Source: Chiloscyllium plagiosum (taxonomy: Eukaryota). From it: DNA of 33,258 bases. The translations under genes and the position numbers were made by a program. Positions 1 through 13,630 of this stretch are shown piece after piece. The stretch is taken from the NCBI RefSeq assembly GCF_004010195.1, contig NW_025213460.1:1-33258 (forward strand). Direction: 5' to 3'. The notes under the pieces were generated by a model. The model had not been told where the DNA came from and did not search any database. It saw nothing but the letters and a program-made list of their open reading frames with translations. Position 1 is the first letter of the stretch. Every line of letters begins with the position of its first letter.

Positions 1-1980
1 CAGGGAAGAGCGGACTGACCCGCATCTGTCAATTTGACTCAAGCAAACAAAATTGCAGACAGTTCGCATTCTGGCAATATGACCCAACAGGGAAGAGCAG
101 GCTGACCGCACACTGTCAATATCAATCACCCACTGAAGAGCAGACTGACCCCATTCTGTCAATGCATTTCGCCCATGGAAGGGTAGACTGACTGCACGGT
201 TTCAGTGTTACACAACCAGGAAAGAGCAGACTGGGCCCACTCTGTCAATGCTGCACTCCCAGGGAAGAGAAGACTGATAATACTCTGTCAATGTAACTCA
301 TCCAGGAAACAGCAGACTGACCCTAATCTGTCAGTACAGGTCACACAGTGAAGAGCAGACTGACACCATGCTGCTAATGTAACTCACCCAGGAAAGAGCA
401 GCCTGAACCCACTCTGTCAACATAACTGACCAAAGGAAGATAATACTGACCCACTCTGTCAAGGCAACTCACTCACTGAAGAGCAGACTGATCCATCACT
501 TTCAATATAAATCACCCGCTGAAGAGTAGACTGACACCGCTCTGTCAATGTACCTCACCCAGCGAAGAGTAGACTGACCCCTTTTTGCCAATGTCACACA
601 CCAAGGAAGAGTAGAGTGACCCTACACTGTCAACGCCACAGATCCTGGGAACTGCAGATTAACACCACTCTCTGAATGTAACTCACCCACGGAAGAGCAA
701 ACTGATGCCACTCTGTATATGTAACTCATTCAGGACAGAGGTCCCTGACACCGCTCTGTCAATACTACTCACATAGTGAAGAGCGACTGCCCCACTCTGT
801 CAACGTAACACAGCCACGGAAGAACAAGCTGATCCAACACTGTAAGTGCAACTCTTCCAGGCAGAGCAGACTGACTCGACTCTGTCAATACAAATCATCC
901 GTGGAAGAGCAGACTGACGCCATTCTGCCAATGTAACTCACCAAGGGGAGAGCAGACTAACCACACTCTGTTAATATAACTAACTCAGGAGATAACTGTC
1001 ACAAGTCTTTATATGTAATTAGCCCGGGGAAGAGCAAACAGATCCACAGTGTCAATGCAACTCACCTAGTGAAAATCAGACTGACACGAGTCTGACAATA
1101 TAACTCAAAAAGGAAATTGCAGAGTGACCGCACACTCTGTCAATGCAAATCTTTCAGGGAAGAGCAGACTGACCCTAGATGGTCAATGTAACAAATAAAA
1201 AGGAATTTGCACGCTGACCGCACCCTGTCATTGCAACCCAAACAGTGATGTGCAGACTTACCCCACGCTACAAGGTAACTCAGGCAGGAAATTGCTGACT
1301 GACCGCACTCTGTCAACTTAATACACCCAATGAAGAACAGACTGACACCTTTCTGTCATTGTAACTCTCCCAAGCAAGAGCACACTGACCCCACACTGTC
1401 AATGTAACCCATCCAAGGAGGAGCGGTGTGACCCCACACTCTCACTCTGTGAATGTAACTCACCCAGCAAAGAGCAGACTGACACCTTTCTGTCATTGTA
1501 ACGTTTCCAGGGAAGAGCAGACTGACGCCACACTGTCAATGCAACTCATCCAAGGAGGAGCAGTGTGACCCCACACTTAACAAAATTCACCGAGGGAGGA
1601 TTAGACCGGCCCCACTTTGTTAATGTAACTCACCATGGAAGAGCAGACTGACCACACTCTGTTAATGTAACTAACTCAGTCAACAGCAGACTGACACCAT
1701 TGTGTACACATAACTCGCCAGGGAATAGCAGACTAACCCTATTCTGCCTCTGTACCTCAACCAGAGCAGTGCAGATTCGCACCACTCTAATGATGTAATT
1801 CACCCAGTGAAGAGCAGACTAACACAAAACTGTCACCGTAACTCTACCAGGGTGGAGCAGACTGACCCAATCTGCCAATCGAACTCATCCAGAAAAAAAA
1901 ACAGACTGACCCCACTCTGTCAATGAAAGGCACTAAGGGAAGAACAAACTGATCCCATTCTGGCAATGTAACACACACGG

Positions 1981-2400
1981 GGTCCTTCTGATCATCCTGG
2001 GTGAGTAGCATTGACAAAGTGGGGTCAGTCTACTCTTACCTGGGTGAGTTGCACAGTCAGAGCGGGAAAGTGTGCTCTTCACTAGATGAGTTATGTTGAT
2101 AGAATGAGGTCGGGCTGCTCTTTCCTGCGTGAGTTACTTGACAGACTGGTGGCAGTTTGCCCTTCTCTGGTGAGTTACACTGATACAGTGCTGTCAGACT
2201 GCTCTTTACTGGAAACGTTTCATTGATAGTGTGGCACCAGTCTGTTCTTCTCTGCGTGCGTTACATTGACAGAATGGGGTCAATCTGCTCTTCACTAGCT
2301 GAGTTACATTGACAGAGTGGAATCAGGCAGATCTTTCTTGCGTGAGTTACATATACATTGCGACGTCAGTCGACTCTTTACTGAGTTTATTACATTTACA
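1981..2400 (-). repeat. Inverted segment of the 43-bp satellite (~10 units)
   Basis: Units read as the reverse complement (GGGTGAGTTACATTGACAGAGTGGGGTCAGTCTGCTCTTC-like); forward orientation resumes at ~2401. Confidence 0.93.
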
Positions 2401-4279
2401 CCTAAGGAAAGAGCAGACTGACGCCACTCTGTCAATGTCACTCATTCAGGGAAGAACAGACTGAACCTATTCTGTTAATGTAACTCACCGAGGGACGATC
2501 AATGTAACAGACTCAGGGAAGACCAGACTGAGCTCACTCTGTCAATGTCACTCGCTGCGGATTGACGCCATTCTGTCCATGTAATTCACCTAGGCAGATT
2601 GACGCTACTCTGTCCATGTAAGTGACCCAGTTAAAGGCAGACTGACCCCACTCTGCCAATGTAAATCACAAAGCAAAGAGCAGGCTTATGCTATTCTGCC
2701 AATCTAACTCGCCCAGGGAAGAGAAGATTGACGCAACTCTGTCCTTATAAGTGACACAGTTACGAGCAGACTGACCCGCCTCTGTCAATGTAACTCTCCC
2801 AGCAAAGAGCAGGCTTACCCGATTCTGCCAATCTAATTCGCCCAGGGAAGAGCAGACTCACCTCAGTGGGTCAATGTAACACACCCAGGGAAGACCAGAC
2901 TAACCCCACTCTTTCAAAATAATTCGCCCAGAGAAGGGCAGACTGACTCCACTCTGTCAATGTAATTCAGCCAGAGAGGAGCACACTGTACCTAACCTGT
3001 CTATGTAACTCATCGAGGAAAGTCTGCCTGACCCCACTCTGTCAATATAACCCACCTAGAGAAGAGCAGACTGACTCACTCTGTCAAAGCAACTCACCTA
3101 GCGAAAAACAGACTGACTCCAGTCTGTCAATGTAACTCAGACAGGAAACTGCAGACTGACCACACTCTGTCAATGTAAGTCTCCCAGGAAAGAGCAGAGT
3201 GACACCACTTATTCAGTGTAACTCACCCAGTGAAGAACAGAGTGACGTCACCCTGTCAGTGTATCTCACCCTGGGAATAGTAGACTTAGCATGCACTGTC
3301 AAAATACCTCACACACCGAATAGCAGACTGACCCCATTATGTCAATGTATCACCTAGGGAGGAGCAGATTGACCTCACCCTGTCAATATAATTTATACTG
3401 GGAAATGCGGACTGATCCAGTCTGACATTGTTGCGCACTCAAGGAAGAGCAGACTGATCCGAGGCTAACAGTGTATATCTCCCAAGAAAGAGCAGACTGA
3501 CACCACTCTGATGACATAACTCTCCCAGTGAAGAGTAGACTGAGACAAACGTGAAAACGTAACTCTCCCAAGGAAGAACAGACTGACCAATTCTGCCAAT
3601 GCTACTTACTCAGAAAAGAGCAGACTGAATCTATTCTACCAGTGTAAATCACCTAGGGAGGAGCAGACTGCCCTCACTCTGTGAATGTAGCACATACAGA
3701 CAAGAGCAGACTGAACTCACTTTGTCAATGTCACTCAGGAGAGAGCAGACTAACGCTACTCTGTCGAAGCGACTGAACCAGTTAAGTGCAGGCTGACCGC
3801 ATTCTGTCAATGCAACTCACTCAGGGAAGAGCAGACTGACCGCACTTTGTCGATGTAACTCCGCCAGGAAAGACCAATCAGAAACCACGCTGCCTATGTA
3901 ACTCGGTCAGGGAAGAACAGACTGGCCCCAACCAGGAAGGACCGGACTGACGCCAGTCTTATGATGTAACTCACCCAGTGAAGAGCAGACTGACTCGACT
4001 TGGTCAATGTAACACACCGAGGGATGAGAAGACTGACAACACTCTGACAATACAACTCAGCCAGGGAAGAGTGGACTAGCCACACTCTGTCAATGTAACT
4101 GAACCAGGGAAGTGCAGACTCAACCTAAGCTAACAATGTATCTCTCCCAGGAAAGAACAGATTGATCCACGGTGCTAATGTAACTCAGCTAGGAAGGAGC
4201 TGCTTGACACCACTCTTATGATGTAAGTTAGCCAATGAGTAGCAGACTGATACAAAACTTTAAACATAACTCTCCAGGG

Positions 4280-4991
4280 TTACCTGGGAGCAATAAACCC
4301 AAACAAGCAGACAAAACACGTCCAGAAATCCGACCCACTCGCCGCTGCGTCAAAGACGTCTCGGAAATTACTGCAAGACTAATCATACCCCTTGGCATCA
4401 TGGTATCCCACAAACCCACCTACACAATAGAACAGTAGCTAATGTGCTTGGAAGACCCCATACAGACCAAGCAAAACTAGGTCTTTTACAAATATAGTGC
4501 ATGGACTGTAGCAAAACCTACATTGGCCAAACAGGCAGAAAACTAGCGAAAAGAGTACACTAACACCAACTAGCCACAAAAAGACATGACCCTCTCTCAC
4601 TAGTATATTTACATACCGATGAGGAAGGACAACATTTCGACTGGGGTAAGCCCAGTAGGAACCTAGGACAAGCCAAGCAAAGACAGACAAGAGAATTCCT
4701 AGAAGTGTGGCATTCCACCCGGAACCCTATCAACAAACACATTGAGTTTGACCCCATCTACCAACCCCGAGGAAAAGAACAGGAAATGTCATCAAAATCG
4801 GAAATGACATCACCAACCCAAAGAAACCCAAACACATAAGTAGACAACAGGAATTATCACTTTGCCTGAAATCCACTGAATACGTTACCGAGTAGGATTA
4901 TGAAACATGTGTGAATGAACCTTCCATCTCAGTGAGCAAATCTATATCCATAACGTCAACCAGAGCTACAAATCTTCTCAAAACTCGCTAA
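4280..4991 (+). mobile_element. 5'-truncated, decayed Penelope-like element (GIY-YIG endonuclease region plus 3' tail)
   Basis: Manual translation gives CMDCSKTYIGQTGRKLAKRVH*HQLATKRHDPLSLV...REFLEVWHS (YIGQTG at 4519-4536), the PLE GIY-YIG C-terminus, with stops and frameshifts; degenerate hammerhead-like CTGAATA...GAAAC at 4876-4906. Confidence 0.88.
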
Positions 4992-7670
4992 TATAATTCT
5001 TCCAGGAGGAGCAGACTTTCTCGACTCTGCCAAAGTAACTGATCCAGGGAAGAGCAGACTGACGCCATCTGTCAATGTAACTCGCCTGGAGAATAGCAGA
5101 CTGACCCCACTCTGCATATGTCCCTCACCCAGAGTAGAATACATTGATCCCACTCTGGTGATGTAACTCACCAAGTGAAGAGCAGACTGAAACAAAACTG
5201 TCAACGTAACTCTCCCAGTTAGGAGCAGACTGACCAAATCTTCCAATCTTACTCATGCAGAAAAGAGCAGACCTACGAAATACCGTCAATGAAACTCAGT
5301 CAGGGAAGAGCAAATTGATCCCATTCTGTCAATGTAGCTCACCCTGGTCCGAGCGGACAGACCTCACTCTGTCCACGGAGCACACCCAGGGAAGACCAGA
5401 CTGAGCTCAATTAATGTCACTCAGAAAAGAGCAGACTGACGCCATTCTCTCCATGTAAGTGACCCAGTTAAGCGCAGACTGACACCACTTTGTCAATGTT
5501 ACTCACTTAGGGAAGAGCAGCTTGTCAATACACATTCAATGCAAATCACTCAGGGAAGAGCAGACTGACGCCATTCTGTCAACGTAACTCACTCAAGTGA
5601 AGAGTAGACTGACGACACTCTGTCAATATCATTCTCTCAGCAAAGAGCAGACTGACGCCACTCTCTCCATGTAAGCGACCCAGTTAAGAGCAGGCTGACC
5701 TCACACTTTCAATGCAAATCACCCAGGGAAGAGCAAACTGTCGCCAATCTGTAAAAGAAACTCACCCATGGAAGAGCAGACTGACACGACTCTGTCTGTA
5801 TAACTCACCCAGTAAAGAGCAGACTGACTCGGCTCGATCAATGTGACTCATTCAGGGAACAGCAGACGGATGCCACTCTGTCAATGAAACTAATTCAGGG
5901 ACGAGCAGACTGGTCCCATTCTGTCAATCTAACACACCCATGAAAGACCAGACTAACCTCACACTGTCAATATAGGACACCCAGCGATAAGCACACTGTC
6001 CCCACTCCGTCAATGTAACTCACCCAGGGAAGAGCAAAATGACCCCACACTGTCAATGTGATCTACCTTTGAGGAGCAGACTGATTTCACCGTAGCAATG
6101 TAACTCAATCAGGAAATTTCAGATTGACCACACTCTGACAGTGCCACTGAACCAAGCTAGAGCAGACTTACCCACTCTACCCATTTAACTCGGCCAGAGA
6201 AGAGCAGACTGACCTAACACTTTCATGTGAAACACCCAGTGAGGTGTAAACCGACGCCACTCAGTCGATGTGATTCATCCAAGGAAGACAGAATAATGCC
6301 ATTCTGTCACTATAACTCACCCAGGGAAGAGCAGGCTGACCCCATTCTCTTTATAAAGCTCGCCCAGGGAAGAGCAGGCTGACCCTATTCTGCCTATGTA
6401 CCTTAGCCAGAGAAGAGCAGATTGACAGCACTCTGATGATGTTACTAACGTAGTGAAGAACGCACTGACACAAAACCGTCAACGTAATTCTCCCAGGGTA
6501 GCAGCAGACTGACGCCACTCTGTCAATTGCACTGACTCAGGGAAGAACAGACTGAACTCATTCTGTTAATGCAACTCACCCAGGGACAATCAGACTGACC
6601 ACACTTTTTCAGATTAACGCACCCAGGCAAAATCAGACTGAGTTCATTCTGGCAATGTCATTCAGGAAGGAAGGAGCAGACTGACGCCACTTTATCAATG
6701 CACCTCACCCTATTAATAGCGGATTGGCCCCATTCTGTAAAGTTAACTCACTCAGGGAAGAGCAGACTGTCCGCACTCTGTTGATGTAACTCCGCCAGGG
6801 AAGACTGGGCTGACCCCTCAATGTATATGTAACTCGGCTAGGGAAGAGCAGAAAGAACCCACACTTTAAATGCAACTCACCAGGGAAGAGCAAAGTGACG
6901 TCACTCCGTCAACGTTTCTCATGCAGGGAAGTGTAGACTGATCACATATTGTCTATGTCACTCAAGCAGGGAATAAGAGACTAACCCCACTCTGTCTACG
7001 TCACTCACACAGGGAAGACCAGACTGACGCACTCTGACAATGTAACTCACACAGGACAAAGCAGACTGAGAACACTTGGTCAATGTAATTCACCCAGGGA
7101 AGACCAGGCTGAGGCCATTCTGTCAATCAAACTTACCCATGAAAGAGCCGACCGGTGCACATCTGGATATGGATCTCGCTGGGGAAAAGTAAACCGAACC
7201 ATCTCTGCCTATAGACCTCGCCCAGAGAAGAGACGATTGACACCACTCTGATGATGAAACTCATCCAGCGAAGAGCAGACTGACACAAAAGTTTCAAAGT
7301 ATCTCTCCCACGGAAAAGCTGACTGGCCAACTCTGCCAATGTCACTCACCCTGAAAACAGCAGATTGACGCCACTCTGTCAAAGAAACTCACTGAGGAAA
7401 GAGCAGACTGAATCTATTCAGACAATATAAATCACCCGGGGAAGGGTAGACTGACCTCACTCTGTCGACGTAATACACCCAGGGAAGAGCAGAATGAGTC
7501 ACGCTATCAATGTCACTCATTCAGGAAACAGCAGACTGACGCCACTTTGTCAATGTAAAAGACCCAGTTCAGAGCAGACTCACCCCATTCTGTAAATGTA
7601 GTTCACCCACGAAGAGTAGACTGATCACATACTGTCAATATCACTCAACCAGAGAACAACTGACTGACCA

Positions 7671-7972
7671 GGTGGGCGGCACAATGGCACATTGGTTAGC
7701 ACTTCTGCCTCACAGCGCCAAAGACCCGGGTTCAATTCCCGCCTCAGGCAACTGTCTGTGTGGAGATTGTACATTTTCCCCGTGTGTCCGGTTTCCTCCC
7801 ACAGTCCAAAAATGTGCAGGTTAGGTGAATTGGCCATGCTAAATTGCCCGTAGTGTTAGGTAAGGGGTAAATGTAGAGGAATGGATCTGGGTGGGTTGCT
7901 CTTTGGCAGGTTGGTGTGGACTTATTGGGCCGAAGGACCTGTTTCCACACTGTAAGTAATCCAATGTAATCA
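7671..7972 (+). mobile_element. HE1-type tRNA-derived V-SINE inserted in the satellite
   Basis: Pol III A box TGGCACATTGG (7685-7695), B box GGTTCAATTCC (7729-7739), V-domain CCGGTTTCCTCCCACAGTCCAAAAATGTGCAGG and CR1-like tail GGGCCGAAGGACCTGTTTCCACACTGTAA. Confidence 0.92.
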
Positions 7973-8974
7973 AATCTGGCAACGTAATTGTTCCAGGAAA
8001 GAGCAAATTGACCCACACTGTCGATATAACTCAATCAGGAAAAAAAAACACACTTACGCCGCTCTATCAATGCAACTCACCCAGGAAAGAGCAGACTGAC
8101 ATCACTTTCTCAATGTAACTGACCCAGTGAAGGCGAAACTGACCCAACTCTGTCAATGTAACTCGTCAAGGAAAGAGCAGACTCACGCCGTTCTGTCAAT
8201 GTAACTCACCCAGTTAAGAGCAGACTGACCCCATTCTGTCAAAGTAGCTCACTTAGGGAAGAGCAGACTGACCTCCTTCTGTTGATGTAACACCGCCAGG
8301 GTTGACCAGAGGGACCTCACTCTGCCGATGAAGCTCGGCCAGAGAAGTGCAGACTGACACTATCCTTCAATGCAAATCACCCAGGGAAGAACACACTTGT
8401 GCCACTCTGTAAATGTAACTCACCCAGGGAAGAGTAGACTAACCACATACTGTCGATATCACTCAACCAGAGAAGAACAGACTGATGAACACTACCTATG
8501 TCAATCACACAGAGAAGAGCAGACTGAACCAAAATGTGAATGTAACCCAACCAAGAAAAAGCAGGATAACGTGACTCAGTCAATGTAATTCACAAATGTA
8601 TCACCAGACATACAACATTCTGTCAATGTAACTCATCCAGTTAAGAGCAGACTGACCTCATTCCGTCAAAGTAACTCAGTCAGGGAAGAGCACACTAAAC
8701 CGCATTCTGTCGTTGTAACTCCACCAGGGCTGACGAGACTGACGTCACTCTGTCAGTGTAACTCATCCAGGGAAGAGCATACTGACCACATTCTGTCATT
8801 GAAATTCTTCAAGGAAAGAGCAGAGTGACGTCACTCTGTCAATGTAACTCACACAGTTAAGAGCAGACTGACGCAATTCTGTCAATGTTACTCACTCAGG
8901 GAAAAGCAGACAGACCGCACTGTCTCAATGTAACTCATCCAGGGAAGAGCGGACTGACGCCAATTGTCAATCAA

Positions 8975-9040
8975 CTCTTTTCTGGTGAGGTACATAGACA
9001 GCATAGGGTCGGTCTGCTCTTCTGGGGGGGAGTTACATAT
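8975..9040 (-). repeat. Micro-inversion of ~1.5 satellite units
   Basis: CTGGTGAGGTACATAGACAGCATAGGGTCGGTCTGCTCTTCTGGGGGGGAGTTACAT is reverse-complement satellite between forward units. Confidence 0.85.
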
Positions 9041-12000
9041 ACCTCTCCGATGGAAGAACAGACTGAGCAACTCTGCCAATGTTACTCAACCTAAAAAGAG
9101 CTGACTGACGCCACCCTGTCAATTAAACTCACTCAGGAAAGAGCAGACGGAATGTATTCTGTCAATGTTACTCACCCAGGGACAAGCAGACTGACCTCTC
9201 TCTGTCAATTGTAATGCAACCAGTTAAGAGCAGCCTGACCACACTCTGTCAAAGTAACTCACCCAGTTAAGAGCAGCCTCACTTCATTCTGTCAATGTAG
9301 CTCACTCAGGGAAGAGCGGACTGACGACACTCTGGCCTTGCAACTCGGCCAGGGAAGACCAGAATGACCCCATTTTTCAGTGCAAAACACCCAGGGAAGA
9401 GCAGACTGACGGCACTGTCAACGTATCTCCCTCAGGGAAGAGTAGACTGACCACATTCTGTTGATACCACTCTACTGGGAAGGTCAGATTGACCAATCTG
9501 TCTCAGCGCCCACACAGGGAAGAGCAAATTGACGCCACTCTGTCAATGTAACTCATCCAGTTAAAATTAGACTGACCCCACTCTGTCAATGTTTTTCACT
9601 CATGAAGAGCAGACTGCCCAATTCTGCCAATGTTACTCACCCATAAATGAGCAGTCTGACGCCACTCTGTCAATGTAACACACCTACAAAACAGCAGACT
9701 GAAATCATTCTGTCAGGAAAGAGCAGACCGAGCCCACTCTGTCAATGTAACTAACCAAGTTAAAAGCAGACTGACCGAATCCTGTCAATGTAACTCAACC
9801 AGGGAGGAGCAGGCTGACTGCAATCTGTCGATGTAACTCCGCCAGGGAAGACCAGACTGAAGCCAATCTGCCCATATGTCTCGGCCAGGGAAGAGAAGAT
9901 TGACCTCACATTTTCATTGAAAATCACCGAGAGAAGAGCAGACTGACGCTACTTTGTCAACGTAACTCGCCCAGAGAAGAGGGAAATGGCCTAATACTCT
10001 CAATGTCACGCAATCAAGGAAGAACAGACTGACCCCACGCTGTCTGAGTCACTCGCACCTGAAGACCATACTGACACCAGTCTGTCCATGTACTTCGGCC
10101 ATGGAAGAGCAGACTGACCCCACATGTCCTAAGCAAATCAACCAGGAAAGAGCAGACTGATGCCATTCTGTGTATGTAACTCGTCACAGGAAGAATAGAC
10201 TGGCCCTGCTCTGCCTATGTAACTCGCCCAGTGAAGAGCACACTGACACAAGACTGTCAACGTACCTCCCCAAGGGAAGAGCACACAAACAAACTCTGCC
10301 AAAGTTACTCACACAGAATAGGGTAGACTGACGCAACTCTGTCAATGACACTCACTCAGGGAAGAGCAAACTAAACCCATTCTGTCAGTGTAACTCACCC
10401 AGAGATGATCAAACTGAACTCACTCTGTCAAAGGTGCACATCTGGTGAACATTAGACTGAGCTCACTCTATCGATGTAACTCCGCCGTCGACGACCAGAC
10501 TGACCTCGATCTGTCAATGTCACTCACTCAGTAAAGGGCAGACAGAACCCACTATGTCAATCTAACTTACCTAGTTAAGAGAAGCCTGATCGCATTCTAT
10601 CAATGTAATTCTTCCTGGAAAGAGTAGACCGACCCCACCATGTCAATTCAACTCACTCAGGGAAGAGCAGGCTGACAGCACTCTGTCAATGCATCCCACC
10701 AAGTTATGAGCAGACTGACTCCATTCTGTCAATGTAACCCACTCAGGGAAAAGCAGACTGACCGCACTCGGTCCATGTAACTCATCCAGCGAAGAGAAGA
10801 CTGACGCCATTCTGTCAATAGAACTCAACCAGGGGCGTGCAGTCTGACCCCATTCTGTCAAATTAACTAACTCAGGAAAGAGCAGACTGACGCCACTCTG
10901 TATACGTAACTCACCCGGGGAAGAGCAGATTGACCCGACACTCCCTCTATAACTCACCCAGAGATGCGAAGATTGCTACCACTCGTGCGGGGAAGAGCAG
11001 TCTGACTCGACACTGCCTATGCACCTCACCCAGACAAGACAAGATTGTCAACACATTTATGATGTAACAGACCCAGTGATGACCAGACTGACACAAAACT
11101 GTCAACGTAAGTCTACCAGGGAAGAACAGACCGACCAAGTCTGCCAATGTGACTCACCCAGAAAAGAGCAGAATGATGCCACATTTTCAATGCAAATCAT
11201 CCAGAGAAGAGCGCACTGATGCTACTTTGTCAACGTAACTCACCCAGAGTAGAGTAAAATGACCAAATACTATTAATGTCACGCAACCAGGGAAGACCAG
11301 ACATACCACACTCTGTTTATGTCAGTCGCACGGGAAGAACACACTGACACCACTTTGACCATGTAACTCTGCCATTAAGAGCAGACTGACCCCACACCTC
11401 CAAGGCAAATCACCCACAGAAGACCAGACTGACGCCATTCTGTCATTGTAACTCACACAGCGAAGAGCAGACTGACGCCATTTAGTCACTGTAACTCACA
11501 CAGGAAGGAGCTGTCTGAATCCATTCTGTCGATGTAACTAACTCAGGAAAGAGCAGACTGACACAACTCTGTATCTGTAACTCGACCGGGAAGATCAGAC
11601 TGACCCTACTCTGCCAATGCAACTCATCCAGTGACACAAATCTATCAGCTTACCTCCCAAAGGGAAGAGCAGACAGACCAACTCTGCCAAACCTACTCAC
11701 GCAGAAGAAAAACAGACTGACGCCACTCTGTCAACGACACTCACTCAGGGAAGAGCCGACTGACCACACTCTGGCCTTCCAACTTGGCCAGGGAAGAGCA
11801 GAATTACCCCATCTTACATTGCAAAACACCCGGAAAGAGCAGACTGACGGCACTGTCAATGTATCTCCCTCAGGAAAGAGTAGACTGACCACACTCTGTT
11901 GATACCACTCAACTAAGGAAGAACAGACGAACCAACTCTGCAAATTATCCAGAGAAGAGCAGACTGATGCTACTTTGTCAACGTAACTCACCCGGAGAAG

Positions 12001-13447
12001 AGGAAAATAACCTAATACTGTCAATAGCACGCAACCAGGGAAGAACAGACCGACCTCACTCTGTCTGTCTCACTCGCACGGGAAAACCAAACTGACGCCA
12101 CTCTGACAATGGACCTCATCCAAATAAGAACAGACTGACCCCATTCTGTCAATGTTTCTCACCCAGGGAGAGCAGACTGCCTAATTCTGCCAATGTTACT
12201 CACCCAGAAATGAGTAGACTGACCCCACTCTGTTAATGTAACTCACCAAGTTTAAAGCAAACTGACCACATTTTGTCAATGTAACTCAACCAGGGAAGAG
12301 CAGACTGACTGCAATCTGTTCATGTAACTCCGCCAGGAAAGACCAGACTGAAACCAATCTGTCCATATGTCTCGGCCAAGGAAGAGCAGACTGACTTCAC
12401 GTTTTCACTTGTTGAAGATCAGATTAAGCTCTCTCGATCGATGTTACTCCCTCGTGGACGACCAGACTGACCTCGATCTGTCAATGTCACTCATTCAGGA
12501 AAGAGCAGACAAAACCCAATATGTCAATCTAACTCACCCAGTTAAGAGCAGCCTGATCACATTCTGTCAATGTAATTCTTTCAGGAAAGAATAGAATGAC
12601 GCCATTCTATCAATTTAATTCACTCATCGAAGAGCAGAATGACAGCACTCTGTCAAAGCATCTCACCCAGTTATGAGCAGACTGACCCCATTCTGTCAAC
12701 GTAACCCACTCAGGGAAGAGCAGACTGAACACACTTGGTCCATGTAACTCATAGAGGGAAGAGCAGACTGACGCCATTCTGTCTATATACCTCAACCGGG
12801 GCGAGCAGTATGACCCCATTCTGTAAATGTAACTAACTCAGGGAAGAGCAGACTGACGCCACTCTGTATACGTAACTCACCCGGGGAAGAGCAGATTGAC
12901 CCTACACTGCCTATGTAACTTAACCAGAGAAGAGAAGATTGCTACCACTCTGTATATGTAACTCGTCCGGGGTAGAGCAGACAGACCCGACACTGCCTAT
13001 GTACCTCACCCAGTGAAAAGAAGATTGCCATCACTCTGATGATGTAACAGACCCAGTGAAGACCAGACTGATACAAAACTGTCAACGTAACTCGACCAGG
13101 GAAGAGCAGGCCTATTAACTCTGCCAATGTGACTCACCCAGAAAAGAGCAGCATAATGCTACACTTTCAATGCAAATCATCCAGAGCAGAGCACACTGAC
13201 GCTACTTTGACAACGTAACTCACCCAGAGTAGAGTAAAATGACCAAATTCTGTCAATGTCACGCAACCAGGGAAGAACACATAGACCCCACTCTGTCTTT
13301 GTCAGTCGCACGTGAAGAACACACTGACACCACTCTGTCCATGTAACTCGGCCATGGAAGAGCAAACTGACCACATACTTCCAAAGCTGAAAATGTGTTG
13401 CTGGAAAAGCGCAGCAGGTCAGGCATCATCCAAGGAACAGGAGAATT

Positions 13448-13475
13448 GACATTTCGGGCATAGGCTCTTCTTCAG
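13448..13475 (-). ncRNA. Degenerate minimal hammerhead ribozyme motif in the PLE tail
   Basis: Minus strand CTGAAGA-A-GAGC-CTAT-GCCC-GAAA-T-GTC: core boxes intact, stems II and III mutated relative to the copy at 24864. Confidence 0.7.
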
Positions 13476-13630
13476 GAATGAGGAAAGTGTGTCCAGCAGG
13501 CTAAGATAAAAGGTAGGGAGGAGGGACTTGTGGGAGGGGCGTTGGAAATGCGACAGGTGGAGGGAGGTCAAGGTGAGGGTGATAGGCCGGAGTGGGTGGG
13601 AGCGGAGAGGGTCAGGAAGAAGATTGCAGG

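Noticed and set aside
7671..7745. tRNA gene (also the heads near 18800, 28640 and 31140)
   Set aside because: A/B boxes are followed by the V-SINE body and a LINE-like tail; these are SINE heads.
3383..13374. Many 60-105 aa ORFs within the satellite, or a coding repeat such as a zinc-finger array
   Set aside because: The period of 43 is not a multiple of 3, stops are frequent and the peptides are just repeat translations.
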